From the NCBI RefSeq assembly GCF_001194135.2, contig NC_068992.1, forward strand, positions 32,932,107 to 32,995,758: DNA of 63,652 nucleotides, in the 5' to 3' direction. Origin of the DNA: Octopus bimaculoides (lineage: Eukaryota). This document shows, piece after piece, positions 40,460 through 54,077 of the stretch. Below the pieces are notes generated by a model. The model was not told the origin of the DNA. It ran no database searches and saw only the letters and a list, made by a program, of their open reading frames with translations. Numbering within the stretch: position 1 is the stretch's first letter; each line of letters begins with the position of its first letter. The position numbers and the translations under genes were made by a program.

Positions 40460-42020
40460 CAACTGCCAGTGTCATAGTATATAATTTGCTGTTGGTGTTA
40501 CACTGCATATTGTTATTGATGTTATACTGTAATCACAAGAGGATAAAATATGTAGTTTTACTGACGTTATTATTAAAAGACAATATGAATATTGTTGCTG
40601 GTGTTGCACTGACAACAGTATGTAATGTTACAGGCATCGCAGTGGGCTTACATGTAATTTGTTATTGGTGTTACCTTGCACCTTAGTAATGAACAAAATA
40701 TATTTTGCTACTGATCTTACATAGCCTCCCACATGAAAATAGTGTGTCTTGTTAACAAGTGATACACTATGTACAAGAAGAATACCAAAGTTATATTGAT
40801 ACTGGCATTTCATGTGTATCACAAGAAGACACTACGTAAGTTGCTACAAGTGTTACAGTGTGAATGGCTAGAAGACAATATGTACCATGTTACTTATATA
40901 ACACCATATTTCATTAAAGGACAGTATATGTATATATATTGTTACTGGTTTTAAACCATGTTTTACCAGTGTTATGCTATCTATCGCTGATACTATATTG
41001 CATCTCATGAGGATAGATTGTATTTTGCTACTATGTTACAGTGTGTCTAACAAAAGGACAGTATGAATTTTATTACAAGTATTAATCTCTAACTTCTTCA
41101 AAGATATAATTGCTATATATTGTACACTGTGTAGTCAATATTTTATCTTAGTATTCATATTCCAATTTTTTTCAGGAAAAGAATATTACTATAAAGTTAC
41201 ATTGTGTATAGTGGAGGCATAATGGTCCAGTGGTTAGGGCAGCGGACTCGCGGTCATAGGATTGCGGTTTCGATTCCCAGATCAGGCGTTGTGAGTGTTT
41301 ATTGAGTGAAAACACCTAAAGCTCCACAAGGCTCCAGCAGGGGATGGTGGCGAACCTTGCTGTACTCTTCCACCACAACTTTCTCTCACTCTTTCTTCCT
41401 GTTTCTGTTGTACCTGTAATTCAAAGGGTCAGCCTTGTCACACTGTGTCATGCTGAATCTCCCCGAGAATTACGTTAAGGTTACACTTGTCTGTGGAATG
41501 CTCAGCCACTTGCACATTAATTCCACGAGCAGGCTGTTCCATTGATCGGATCAACTGGAACCCTCGACATTGTAAGCGACGAAGTACCAACAACAACATT
41601 GTGTATATCTAGAAGACTGGTCTTCTATTTACTCCTTGCACAGGAAAATCTGGAACTTATTACTGGTGTTATAGTGTGTCATTAGAGGAGACCATCTTGT
41701 TTCTAGTATTTAATGTGGTTTGCATATATCTTGTTGCTCACATTACACTTCTATTACTAGAAGGCAACATGTATCTTGTTGCTGATGTTACACTGTGTAT
41801 CACTAGATACTGTGTGACATGAGTAATCAGCGTAACTAGTAGCAACATACCACTGTCTAAGAAGACAGCAGTATGTTGTGATTGGAACTACATTATGTCT
41901 TGCTTCAGGACAGAATGTAAATTATTGTTTTTGATACACTGTCTCACTAGAGAACAATGTGTATTTGTTAGACTGTGCACCATTTTGCTAAGAGAATAAA
42001 TGTTGTGTAACAGGTTAACC
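40460..42020. repeat. Degenerate minisatellite, ~43-45-bp unit
   Basis: Recurring tgtatcttgtt(a/g)ctg(g/a)tgttacactgtgtcactagaggacaa-like units, interrupted by a SINE. Confidence 0.6.
41211..41595 (+). mobile_element. Full-length tRNA(Arg)-derived SINE with 12-bp TSD
   Basis: A box TGGTCCAGTGG, TCG anticodon-like loop, B box GGTTTCGATTCC and (CAA)n tail. TSD ACATTGTGTATA at 41199-41210 and 41596-41607. Confidence 0.9.
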
Positions 42021-42899
42021 TGAACAGCAGTCATACATAATTCACCGAATCAGTGAAGTAGTAATCAACATTGACACATGAAGAGAGTGGTTGTTTTTTG
42101 ACTGTGGGATTTTTCCATATTACAAATGTATGAACCTAATGAATGATGTACAATTATCTCTACTCACCTGTTACACCCTGTTTTCATTCATCATTTCTAC
42201 TGTGCCATATTCCCCAAACCTCTCACTAAGTATTTCATTCGATGAAGTGTGACATATTTTATACAGATAATCAGGAACTGTACAGTGCTGAAGTTGTTTC
42301 TATTTCTGGTCATGCAGAGAAAGAAGAACAAATATGATCATGATAGAAATTTGAAGTCTGTATTGGATTTAGTAGAGCCATTGGTAAATATGATACTGAT
42401 AGTGATGTTGATGCTGCTGAATTAGTCTGCATTGATTGGATGATGATGCTTTAATTAGGCTATCTGATCACACTAGAAGTCTATACTTCTGAAGTAGTAC
42501 ATGTTTTACATGTGATATTTAAATTGTGAGTGAGTGAAACATACATGTGAATGATTAAAATATCTGTGTAGATATCATTTGCATAGAAGCATTGGTTATT
42601 AGGAATAACTGAATGCAGGTGAGTAGTGAGAGGAGGAATATGCAAGACATAACTGGGCTCTGTGTTACATTTGAGATAGCAGAATGTGTTTCAGAGACCA
42701 CACAATCTACATACACTGAGAAAATGTCCGTCATGAAAATTCCTATTTAAGAAATGAAAAATGTATGTTACACTGAAGCAGATAACATTTATGTGGTTCT
42801 TGTACCATATTCTGTTGATGGCTGCTATTATGTCAAATGTAATATTGATTTTGCCAAATTTCTCAAAAGTAACTTAGAATAGTTTTCGCGCCACATAAA

Positions 42900-44830
42900 T
42901 TTTTCCAGGGAAGGTGGGTGGTCATTTGCACAGAAAAAGACATCTGATGATAAATTTAGTTGTCACTATCAACTCTTTCCTTCAGCTTTGAGACACCAGA
43001 ACTGAGAAAGCAATAGGCTAGTAAATAGCAAAGCTATAGAGAATGGAAGAGAATAACCCTAAATTTTTCTGCAAACATGCTAAAGAATCAAGCACAGTGT
43101 ATTACTAAACAAAGCCATTGTTCCAAAGAGATAACACATTAACAATCTATCTCAAAAGGTTAACTGAAATACTGAATAAACAGTTCAAAACTGTTTTTAA
43201 TTCCTCATATGGACACATTCAAATAAACAAGGCAGATGAGTTTTTGACACCATAGCCCTAATAGGGGAGTGACAACCATCGAATACATCAACTTCAAGAG
43301 GAATATATAACATTGGCTCTCAATAGAATGAGCTTAAACCCAGGAACAGAGTCTTGTGCATTTCCAGCAATCCTTCTAAAAGCTTGTAAACTAGATTTAG
43401 CCAAAGACTCCAAATGCCTTTTCAAAGCTTCTTTGCCAGTAGAAAATATTTAGAAATTGAAGGAAGGCCTATACATACAAGAGAAGACAGAGCAGATGAT
43501 AAAAATTACAGGTCTGTATCTCTAAATTCATAAATCAGTAAAAGTTATATGGGAAGAATGGATTAAGAGACAGAAAAATGATCATGTTTTCAGAAATCAA
43601 TGACTTGCTAATACTCTGAAGGATTTTTGCCTTGGAAGAATTTTATTTACAAAGCATTACGAGTGGGTGCTGAGACATATGTTCTACTGTGTAAACATGA
43701 ATATTGTACATTTCAACTTTTCAAAGGCCTCCAGTTTGATATTGGTCATAAGAGAATGTGTCAGAATGTGTCTATTGACAGCCAAATTATGTGATCTCAG
43801 CACATTTTGAAATGAAGAGAGTAACCAAATTACTTATTAAGAAGTAGAAGTCAGACAATTACATCCAAAGGTACTCTCTGAAAGAGACACCAATGTTCAG
43901 AGGAGTCTTAGAGTCATTGTTATGAAAGCTCTATTAAACATGCCATCACTTATACAAACAGCAACTGTCACAAGCTATGCTGATGATACAAAATTATGTC
44001 AAGTGATTAAGAATACTGGTTATGCTGCACACCTACAGCAAGACCTTAATGCAGTATACAAATGGGCTGAAGAAAAAAATTCAATTTAAGGTTAGGAAAT
44101 TTCAAGCTCTTTGCAATCTGCTCACAAACACACCAGAACTAAGATACACATGATGTAGAGGGATTGCAACTCCAGAAATAGTCATTGCTGAGAAATGGTA
44201 TATCTTTTCATGTACATATTACCAAGACACCAGTGATATGTAAAATGATGACAAAACGGATCCTGAAATCATTAAGTACAAAAGATTGGGAAACAATGTT
44301 GCTTTTGTAAAGAAAAAGGCAAACTCAGCTGTCTAGATTGCTGCTCACAACTATGGTTACCAAACAGTGATAAACTAAGAAGAGATTTTGAAGCAATCCA
44401 ACAAAGTAACACAAACACAATAAACCTCACTACAACAGCTGAGCTACAGAGAGAGAGTGAAAGTGCCAAGACTCGACTCATTGTTGAGAAGAAAAGAATG
44501 AAATGTGATGATTAATACACAGAATATCCTTAAAGGGTTTATGCCAAACTTTGGTACAGAAAACTATAACAATCCCTGAACCAGTCACCACAACATAGTC
44601 CTGGAAGTCTCACTCTCTCCATCCAAAGTTAAAACAACATACTGAAAAGGTTTTGCAATACTTTGCCACAGAAATCAAGAATTCTACATTGAATGGATGC
44701 AAAAGTATTCAAGAAATGTTTGGATACTCTATAATACAAGGTTCCAGATGAACCAACATCATGGCAAGTAATGCAACTGAAGACAGCAGCTTCATATTTC
44801 CTCACACACTAAAAGCTAACTACTGTACCA
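42900..44830 (+). mobile_element. CR1/L2-group LINE, degenerate RT
   Basis: NPKFF, EILNKQFKTVF, FPAILLKACK, SYADDTKL (YADDTK at 43976-43993), LQQDLNAVYKWAEE. Confidence 0.85.
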
Positions 44831-46171
44831 ATTTCATTGGCAGTGCTCTGACATGGTTGTAGACATCGAGGTGGAACTAGTAAAAGAGTCACATATCAGC
44901 TTAAGGTCACTTAGTAACAATAGTCCACCAATGTATCAGCATTAGGTCAAACAGATATCGATTTTCTATCATTATAAACTCAACACATAATTTATATTTA
45001 CTTACTTGAACATTCGTATTGAAAAATAGTGTCTTTTGAGGTCAATTATATTCCATAAGAATTCATTTCCATGTAAACTTTTTTCCCTCAACAGCTTATC
45101 GAAGTTAGATATTTGAATTGTCATTTCCCCATGGTTTCTCTATGTCAAAATGTTGTCATACTTATCTCTCTCAGTCTTTTCCCCCCTCCCCCTTTTTAAT
45201 ATTCAATATTAGTGATGTGTTCACTAATTCGTCTTTTGAAGTGTGCTTGAAGAAAATAATCATCTTTCCGTAATAGAAAAGTTTTGATCACTGAAATGGC
45301 TGATATTCGTCAAAAAATATATAAAAGAACTATAATGAGAAATGAGTCTTCAATTACATTTACGCAGCAAGTGTTTTGAAAGAGGAAGTAAAATGAAGGT
45401 GAGAAAGAAAGAATAACAACAATATCGCAGCTCATTAAAACTTTTCCCTCCACATATGTACAGATTAATGGTTAAGTGGACATTTTTATAGGAAATTTTA
45501 TGCTATTATTGTTTCAGAACCTAAACCTAAGCAATTTTCGCTGCCATTGAAAAGTGTATAACTTTCCATTCTCTTGGTTTAGAACACTGAATGTTTTGTT
45601 TTAAGTTGAATGATACATCATACTTAACTGACTATTATACCTGTTTCATGATTATAATAATTATTATTGTGGATTTACAGCACAAAGACAGGTCTCAGAG
45701 CAGCTTCTTGTTTTCTTTAATGTAAATTAGATATGTTGTTGTTTGTTACATTGCTATTGTTACAAGAAGGTTGAAGAGAACTTAATTGTTATATATTTCC
45801 TTATTTAGAGGAAAATGTATTGTCTATTGTTATTTGTTTCTGGCACTACTACAGAAATTAATCCAGTATGCTTACAACAGTGGTAAAAAGAAAAAAAACA
45901 CACTACAAAAAAATGGCAGTAGTCTGTGTCAAAAAACAAAAATAAAATTATATTATACTATGTTAGTGAACTCTCATACAGAAAAAAGGTGTATGGTTGT
46001 TGTGGGGTGAAAGAATTCTCTCTCTCTCTCTCTCTCNNNNNNNNNNGGCAGTAGTCTGTGTCAAAAAACAAAAATAAAATTATATTATACTATGTTAGTG
46101 AACTCTCATACAGAAAGAAGGTGTATGGTTGTTGTGGGGTGAAAGAATTCTCTCTCTCTCTCTCTCTCTCT

Positions 46172-46202
<31 letters not shown>

Positions 46203-46890
46203 ACTCACACACACACACACACACACACACAAAGAGAGCTTCAAAGAATTAGATTCTTCTCACAATATATGAATTCCTCCAATCTGACAAACTTCACAGT
46301 GCAATAGTTGTAGTAATTATCATATTTAGAGAAGAATGAGTAAATGGAAATAAATTGAACTTTAGCAACAATGCCAATTCAATAACAACACCTACAGGAA
46401 CATAATAACAATATTATGAACAAAACTGGCAATATTAATTAAAAACCCGTCAATGGACTCTTACCTATGATAACTTTGGCAAAAGCAATGTGTTATACAT
46501 GGCATTTATAAAGCCATCAGTCTAATCTGAGAACCAACCACCTAAAATGCTTCCTTGTAAGCTCCATGAGTATCTCATCTTTCAGTCTCCAAGCTTGCCA
46601 CCATAATTCATCATTACAGCATGCAGTGATAGCACTGTCCAGCCCTCACTTTGTCAACCCTAATGAACCCCAAATTTCAGTTATGTCACAAACATTCTTT
46701 CCTTCTATACATAAAAAAGAAGAAACTTATTTCCTCTCACTTATAACAAAACATTAATTGATAGAAGGTTCCAGATGTCACTTCCCTAAAACATTTTGAA
46801 TGCATGAATTATTAATATTTTCACTAGGAACCTACCTTAAAGATTATTTATCAAGATAGCAGAGACTAATACAATAACCTCTATATCACT

Positions 46891-47150
46891 GGTGTGGGTG
46901 TGGCTGTATGGTAAGAAGTTTGCTTTCCAAACACATGGCTCTGAGTTCAGTCTCACTGCAGAACATCTCGGGAAATTGTCTTCTGCTATAGCCCAGGACC
47001 AACCAATGCATTGTGAGTTGGACTGGTAGACAGAAACTGAAAGAAATGGGTTGACTGTACAAATGTATATACGTGTATATGTGTGAATGAGTATGTGTTT
47101 GTGCTTGATAACCAGTGTTGGTTTGTTTACATCCTCATAACTTAGTGGTT
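46891..47150 (+). mobile_element. tRNA-derived SINE, partial, same family as 49010
   Basis: tggctgtatggtaagaagtttgctttcc head and gaaactgaaagaa. Confidence 0.7.
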
Positions 47151-47551
47151 CCACATGCCTCAAATGATTCTCAGTTTAAATAATTTTTAACAGGAATCTT
47201 CTTATGTTTCTCATACATATACAATTTTGTAATTCCTATTAATTAGGAAATGTAATATGTGTGTTAGTGAATAAATAATACCAAAAAATTGTCCAGATTC
47301 CTGTTTTATTTTATATATGTATAGATGGAGGTATAGCATATGCACGTCCTCTTCACTTTCTGTTAAAGCCAACTATAAACTTCTAAAAATTTCAATTAAA
47401 CAGAGGTATTATGAGGAGTGAAGATCATACACAGACTTTACTTTTCCCTCACCAATAGATGACGTATTTGTTTCTGGTGATAGAAGACCAAATACTAACA
47501 ACGCATTAAATTTAAACTCTCTATAACTCTATGCCAAATACCACACGTACA

Positions 47552-47975
47552 GGTCCAGGCATAGCTGTGTGATTAAAACGCTCACTTTACTGCTGTATAG
47601 GTTTGGGCCTGGTCCCACTGCACAGAAACTTGGACCCATGTGTCCCAGACTGATCAATGCCTTGTGAGTGACTTTGGAGATGGAAACTATGTAAAAGTCT
47701 ATTGTGTGTGTGTGTGTGTGTGTGTGTATGTACACGTGTATGTGTGTGTGTACATGTATGTATGTGTGTGTGTACACGTGTATATGCCTTTGTGTTTGTT
47801 CATCTCCTTACCACTTGACAACTGGTGTTGTTTCTTTTTAAGCTTCTGTATCTTGTAGTTAGTCAAAAAATTTCCGGATAATAGAATAAATACTGATGTC
47901 AAGTTGCTATATGAAACCCTTCAATGTGGTGCCACAACATGAACACAGTCCAATGACTGGAACAAGTACAAGATA
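47552..47975 (+). mobile_element. tRNA-derived SINE (degenerate) with internal (TG)n
   Basis: Head, gccttgtgagtg, ttgacaactggtgttg and aatgactggaacaagta tail. Confidence 0.65.
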
Positions 47976-49009
47976 GCCATGTAACATAGATCTGCTGCAG
48001 TATGGATTGTTGTAGGATATCCAAGCATTCCAGCAAATTTTCATGAGATTCATCAGTAAATAAGATCTTTTTTTATTAGTTGTTTTGTGGTTTCATCTCC
48101 AGTGAACAAGTTTTCTCTTAAACAAATAGTTGAGAAATTCAAACATTGTCTACCTGTTTAAATCCTTGTTTAAAAGAACCACAGATCAAAATGATCCTTT
48201 GTAGCATGTCATTGCTATAAAGTAATTTCAGCAATCTGTACAAGATTCTTTAATACATGCCTGATTTTATATCAATGTATTAAAAAGGGGTGACACTTTA
48301 TCCCCTGTTTATTGAAGAATCTATTTTAATGCTGCTCTTGAATAGCATTTACATATTTTGGGGAAGTTGTATATTTCTGCACATTTTTAGTGAAGTATTT
48401 TAGGAAATCTAAAACAGAGCTTGCATTAACTTACTTATTGTGATATATTAATATTGGCAGGTAAATGAACTGAGTGGTGTTCAAAATGACATTCATTTTT
48501 AGGAGCTAGGATGGTTGGTTGTAATATATACATAAAATACATTTCAGATTATTCGTATATTTTGATATTTTTATCTGGTGTACTCTGAGATCACAAGTTG
48601 GCATGAGATCTTATCAGCAGCCAATGGCTATCTTCAATGTAGTAACATCAAATGTCAGCAACAGATAATTTCAAGTGATTATGTGGTAAAGGAGAAAGTG
48701 ATGGTTGAATCAATAGGGTCTTGGAAACCAGTGCTGAGGTTATTCACATTCTGACATCACTATCACAATTTTACCATAGAAAATGTAGTTTTCAACAGCT
48801 TAGTTCGCTAGCAACAATTTGGTTTTCCATGGTGATAAAACCAACCTTTGTTATTCTTTTACTGTGTGGAGTTCAGTTCTGTGTGCATGATTTTTCTGTA
48901 TGAAGTTCAGTTCTACCCACAAGAAAAATTAACTTCATAACAAATAAACAAATAAAATGCTCAAAAAAACTAGTAGTAATCTACTTTTTCAAAAACCATT
49001 CACAAATTA

Positions 49010-49172
49010 GGTGCAGGAGTGGCTGTGTGGTAAGTAGCTTGCTTACCAACCACATGGTTCCAGGTTCATTCCAACTGCGTGGCACCTTGGGCAAGTGTCT
49101 TTTACTAAAGCCTCAGGCTGAGCAAAGCCTTGTGAGTGGATTTGGTAGACAAAAACTGAAAGACGTCCGTCG

Positions 49173-49227
<55 letters not shown>

Positions 49228-49430
49228 TTGTGCCTCTGTTTGTCCCCCCCACAACATCGCTTGACAACCGATGCTGGTGTGTTTACATCCCTGTAATTTA
49301 GTGGTTCAACAAAAGAGATCAATAGAATAAGTACTAGGCTTCCAAAGAATAAGTCCTGGGGTTGATTTGCTCGACTAAAAGGTGGGGCTCCAGCATGGCC
49401 ACAGTCAAATGACTGAAACAAATAAAAGAG
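49010..49430 (+). mobile_element. Best-preserved copy of the main tRNA-derived SINE family
   Basis: A box TGGCTGTGTGG, B box GGTTCATTCC, ACCTTGGGCAAGTG core, internal (TA)n(TG)n and 3' tail. Confidence 0.9.
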
Positions 49431-51936
49431 TAAAATTGAGATAAAGTCATATACCATTTAGATACAAGAAAGCAGATATTTCATGCTGGGCCTTTTGATT
49501 CTGGTCTTTATTTTCGTATTTGAAATCAAAAAATAAGTTTTCTATGATATGATGCTCACTTTATGATGTTAGAAATTATTATATTGTATTTGAATATCAC
49601 CAGATAGTGCTGAGATTTGCTTCGCTGAAAAAATATCATCCCCCTACTATTATTTCTAAAATATATACAGATTTTTAGAGTTACAAATGCACATCAACCA
49701 TTAGTCTAGGCTTTATACTCCTTTGTTCTTTCCATCATCTGCACTACAATAGACCCTGTTTCACTGAACTACCAAGATATGGATGACCATCTTTGATGTT
49801 CGCTTAATATTTCCCTGCAAAACAACAGTTTTACCCTTACCATTCTTCCAAACATTTTCTCAGCAGGCATGCTATCACAATGTTGTTCTTATTTTTATAA
49901 CTGGTTTACTTTATGTCATCTCTATTTGTGAATACTTATGATTCAAAGTATTCCAATCATGACCATCCTCCTGTTTAGGATATGGCATATTTTGAGCTAC
50001 ATTATTCAACATGTCATTTATTTTTTGTGATATTAAGGGGAGTGAGGTTTAACTGCTAGTACATGTAAATCAAGTATCCATTGCTGAATCTCTTTTGTTG
50101 GCTTGTGGAATCACTCAAGTTCAAACTGAATATTAATTGCACCAACCATCCAAGTTAAGAGGGTTAACAAAAGTTAGGAGTACCATTTCTTCTTTTTTGG
50201 ATAAGAAAAAGCATGTTCCCCTCACACGAAGTGAGATGTATTGAACTTTATATCTAGATTTGAAATACCACATAACACATACATTGTACATAAAAAGTTA
50301 ACTCAGAAGATGAAACTATGTACGTGTATGTTTGTGATTTAGTTGCTCTATTGATTTATTACAATTATGTCTGTGTGAGACAGCATTTAAATTAGTATTA
50401 ATTAAATCATATAAATTATGTATTGTAACAATACACATAAAAAATAAACAACAAAGAATATTTAAAGTTAAATATATAATGAAAATGAATACAATAAAAA
50501 CAATGAGTGGAAGTTGAAATATTCAGAATAAATTTATAGACTGTTAATCAACAATGTAGTTGATTTTGTGTTTGTTATTGTTAAGTCTCTTCCTGTTTTG
50601 TTCAACCATGAGTTATATATTTCTGCTTTTCTCTTAACTTTGCCATGCTGTTTTGGAAAAACAAAGGGAAAAGAATAACTAACATTGTCCTTCCAATTAT
50701 TGGGAGTGAGACTCCTTCATAGTCATTATCCTCATTATCATCAACTCCATCACAACCTGCATTGTCATCACTTCTTTTATCATTATAATCATCATCAGCA
50801 TCCGTAAGAGTATTTGTGTTTTAACCATTCATCTTCATTACCTCCACCACTGTCATCAATGGCTTCATCCCACACCGCAGTTGTCTTCATTATTACCAGC
50901 ATTCTCCAAACCTTGCCATCATAAACCAATGTCTACCCTCATCACTGCACTAACGTCACCACCATCATCTTTAATGCTATTGCTGTCATGAACAAGTCTA
51001 ACTTCACGAAAACGATCACCATCTCCTTTCAGTTATTGTAACCACCACCATCACCACTGCAAGCAATAACAATAATAATTTCACCTTATGACTTCTCCCC
51101 ATGTCTCACTTACATCCTTCCATACTACCATCATCATTACCAGAACATCTAGCAACATCATTTTACCTACCAGCATCACCACCAGCACAACCACTTCCAC
51201 ATCCATCACCTTCATTCACAGTTCCATCATCAACATAAACACTCTCACCACCATCTTTTATTCCTCTTCCATAATTCTCAGCTTCATCTTTGCCATCTCT
51301 ACCTCAGCTTCTATAACTACCTTCATCACTGTCACTGCTCACAGCTTCACCATCACCATACACTTTTCTGTTATCACAAGTATCAGTTGCTCAATTTTTT
51401 TTGTAAACTTTTTCACATCTTCCAAAATTTTGAAAATGTCTAGAAGCTTGTAAGAATATCTGTCTTACATTAAATACATGCCCAGCATTAGAATTACTGC
51501 TGCCATTGAGATTGAAACAGCCTGAAAGTTGGAAATTCCAATATCTTATCTTTCAATCTTTACACAGCTTACATGGTTTGTGTTAGCATGCTAGCAATTT
51601 TTGCATAGATGACAAAATATCTGTGTCTTCATCTGCACAATAGTCTCTAAAAATCTACAAATAAAAGAGTAAATGAAAACGTTGCAAGATTTTAATAAAA
51701 TTATGAAGCTTAAGAAAGATAAATGGTAGTCGCAGCCCTTGCAGGCCCACCTTGACTGTCAAGTACTTACACAAATTCCATTGTATAAATTCCCTTATGT
51801 ATACATACATACATACATACATATATATATATATACACATATACATATCATATTCTCCCATATATATATATATATACATATATATATACATACACACACA
51901 TATATAGACTTATATAACGTTAAAGATTGTCATACC

Positions 51937-51976
51937 GGCCATGACGAAGGGAAATAGCCCTGAAACTCGAGTCGCC
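51937..51976 (+). ncRNA. Type I hammerhead ribozyme-like motif (Penelope pLTR type), probably degenerate
   Basis: GGC-C(a)TGACGA-AGGG[aaatag]CCCT-GAAA-C[tcga]G-TC-GCC. The core, stem II, palindromic stem III and GUC triplet are present, with one extra A in the CUGA box. Confidence 0.6.
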
Positions 51977-52867
51977 TTTATATATATATATTTATATTTA
52001 TATTTATATATTTATATATTTGATCCTTTATATTGAACACTCAATATTTCATCTACATTCAATACTTTATTTCATGGTGCCATCCATTTTTATTTTATTT
52101 TATATTATATATTGTATATTATATTATATATTGTATATTCCATATTCTATACCCCACNNNNNNNNNNNNNNNNNNNNNNNNNNNNNNNNNNNNNNNNNNN
52201 NNNNNNNNNNNNNNNNNNNNNNNNNNNNNNNNNNNNNNNNNNNNNNNNNNNNNNNNNNNNNNNNNNNNNNNNNNNNNNNNNNNNNNNNNNNNNNNNNNNN
52301 NNNNNNNNNNNNNNNNNNNNNNNNNNNNNNNNNNNNNNNNNNNNNNNNNNNNNNNNNNNNNNNNNNNNNNNNNNNNNNNNNNNNNNNNNNNNNNNNNNNN
52401 NNNNNNNNNNNNNNNNNNNNNNNNNNNNNNNNNNNNNNNNNNNNNNNNNNNNNNNNNNNNNNNNNNNNNNNNNNNNNNNNNNNNNNNNNNNNNNNNNNNN
52501 NNNNNNNNNNNNNNNNNNNNNNNNNNNNNNNNNNNNNNNNNNNNNNNNNNNNNNNNNNNNNNNNNNNNNNNNNNNNNNNNNNNNNNNNNNNNNNNNNNNN
52601 NNNNNNNNNNNNNNNNNNNNNNNNNNNNNNNNNNNNNNNNNNNNNNNNNNNNNNNNNNNNNNNNNNNNNNNNNNNNNNNNNNNNNNNNNNNNNNNNNNNN
52701 NNNNNNNNNNNNNNNNNNNNNNNNNNNNNNNNNNNNNNNNNNNNNNNNNNNNNNNNNNNNNNNNNNNNNNNNNNNNNNNNNNNNNNNNNNNNNNNNNNNN
52801 NNNNNNNNNNNNNNNNNNNNNNNNNNNNNNNNNNNNNNNNNNNNNNNNNNNNNNNNNNNNNNNNNNN

Positions 52868-52899
<32 letters not shown>

Positions 52900-52984
52900 G
52901 TGTGTATATATATATATATATATATATGTGTACATATATATATCTATCTATCTATATTTATATATATATATATATATATACACA

Positions 52985-53230
52985 GCTGTGTATAGCACAA
53001 TCATGGTTGTATGTTTAAGAAGTTTGCTTCCCAACTACTTGGTTTTGGGTTCATTTCCACAGCACAACAATTTGGGCAAGGGCTTCTTACTATAAGTAGA
53101 GAGAAAATGAAAGAAGCCTGTTGTGTGTGTGATTGTGATTGTGTGTGTGTGTGTGTGTGTGTGTGTCTGTGTGTGTGTTTGTGTGTTTGTTTGTGTGTGT
53201 GTGTGTGGTAGTTGTAAATAGAGTGTTGGT
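52985..53230 (+). mobile_element. tRNA-derived SINE (degenerate)
   Basis: aagaagtttgcttccc head, ttgggcaagg and gaaagaagcc followed by (TG)n. Confidence 0.6.
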
Positions 53231-54042
53231 GATAAGAAGGGCAAGGAAATCTGGCCAAGGTAATCTGCCTCAATGAATCGTGTATGACCAATGAAACCAT
53301 GTAAAAGTAGACATTAAAATGAGAATGTTAATGAGGATAATAATGCTGATACACACACATCATCATCATCATCATCATCACCATAATTTAACCCCTTTTC
53401 CATGCTGGCATGGGCTGGACATGTTGACATGAGCTGATAAGGCTGGAACCTGCAACTGCACCCGGTTCCAGGATCTGTTTTGGCATGGTTTCTTCAACTG
53501 ACTGCCATTCTTAATGTCAACTACTTTACAGAGTGTATTGGGCACTTTTACATGACACCAGCGCCAGTGCATTCTATGTGGTACCAGCAAATTACCAAGC
53601 AAATTGCAAGACATAACTCCTTAGCTAGAAGTGGGGAAGTCATATTGAGTGGGGAGTGGTTTTGTGCTAGTTGAGAGATTAAAGGTATAGAAGGATAAAT
53701 ATAGGTGTCTTGTTGTAGATACATGAATATCCTAGTTGGAAGAGAAAGATGACCAAGCTAGAGAGTAAGATAAAGAGAGTCAGATAAAGAACAATAGTAA
53801 GAGATGTTGGTAAAGATGTGTCAAGGGACATTGGAGGGTGGTGAGAATAGGTGAGGTTTGGACTGGATGAGTGGACAGGATAGAGGTGACTGTAGCAAAT
53901 GAGGGAAGGAAATATAAGGAAATGAGGGTAGGGTCGTGGACTGCAATAGAGATGTGATGGCATTGAGGGTAATAGCAGTTGCTAATGATGGGGAATAAAA
54001 CAAAGACAAGAAGGCACAGAAAAGTACTGATTGGTGGGTATA

Positions 54043-54077
<35 letters not shown>

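Noticed and set aside
41211-41285. tRNA-Arg-like sequence
   Set aside because: There is no proper acceptor stem, and it continues into a SINE body with a tail and TSD, so it is a SINE head and not a tRNA gene.
45915-46170. Direct repeat of ~120 bp
   Set aside because: The copies flank a 10-N gap and differ by one base, which suggests a contig overlap or haplotype artefact. The same pattern occurs around the gap at 24153-24165.
52020-53095. Longest ORFs in the track (260-330 aa)
   Set aside because: They consist mostly of an N gap and (TA)n. The same applies to 7471-8320.
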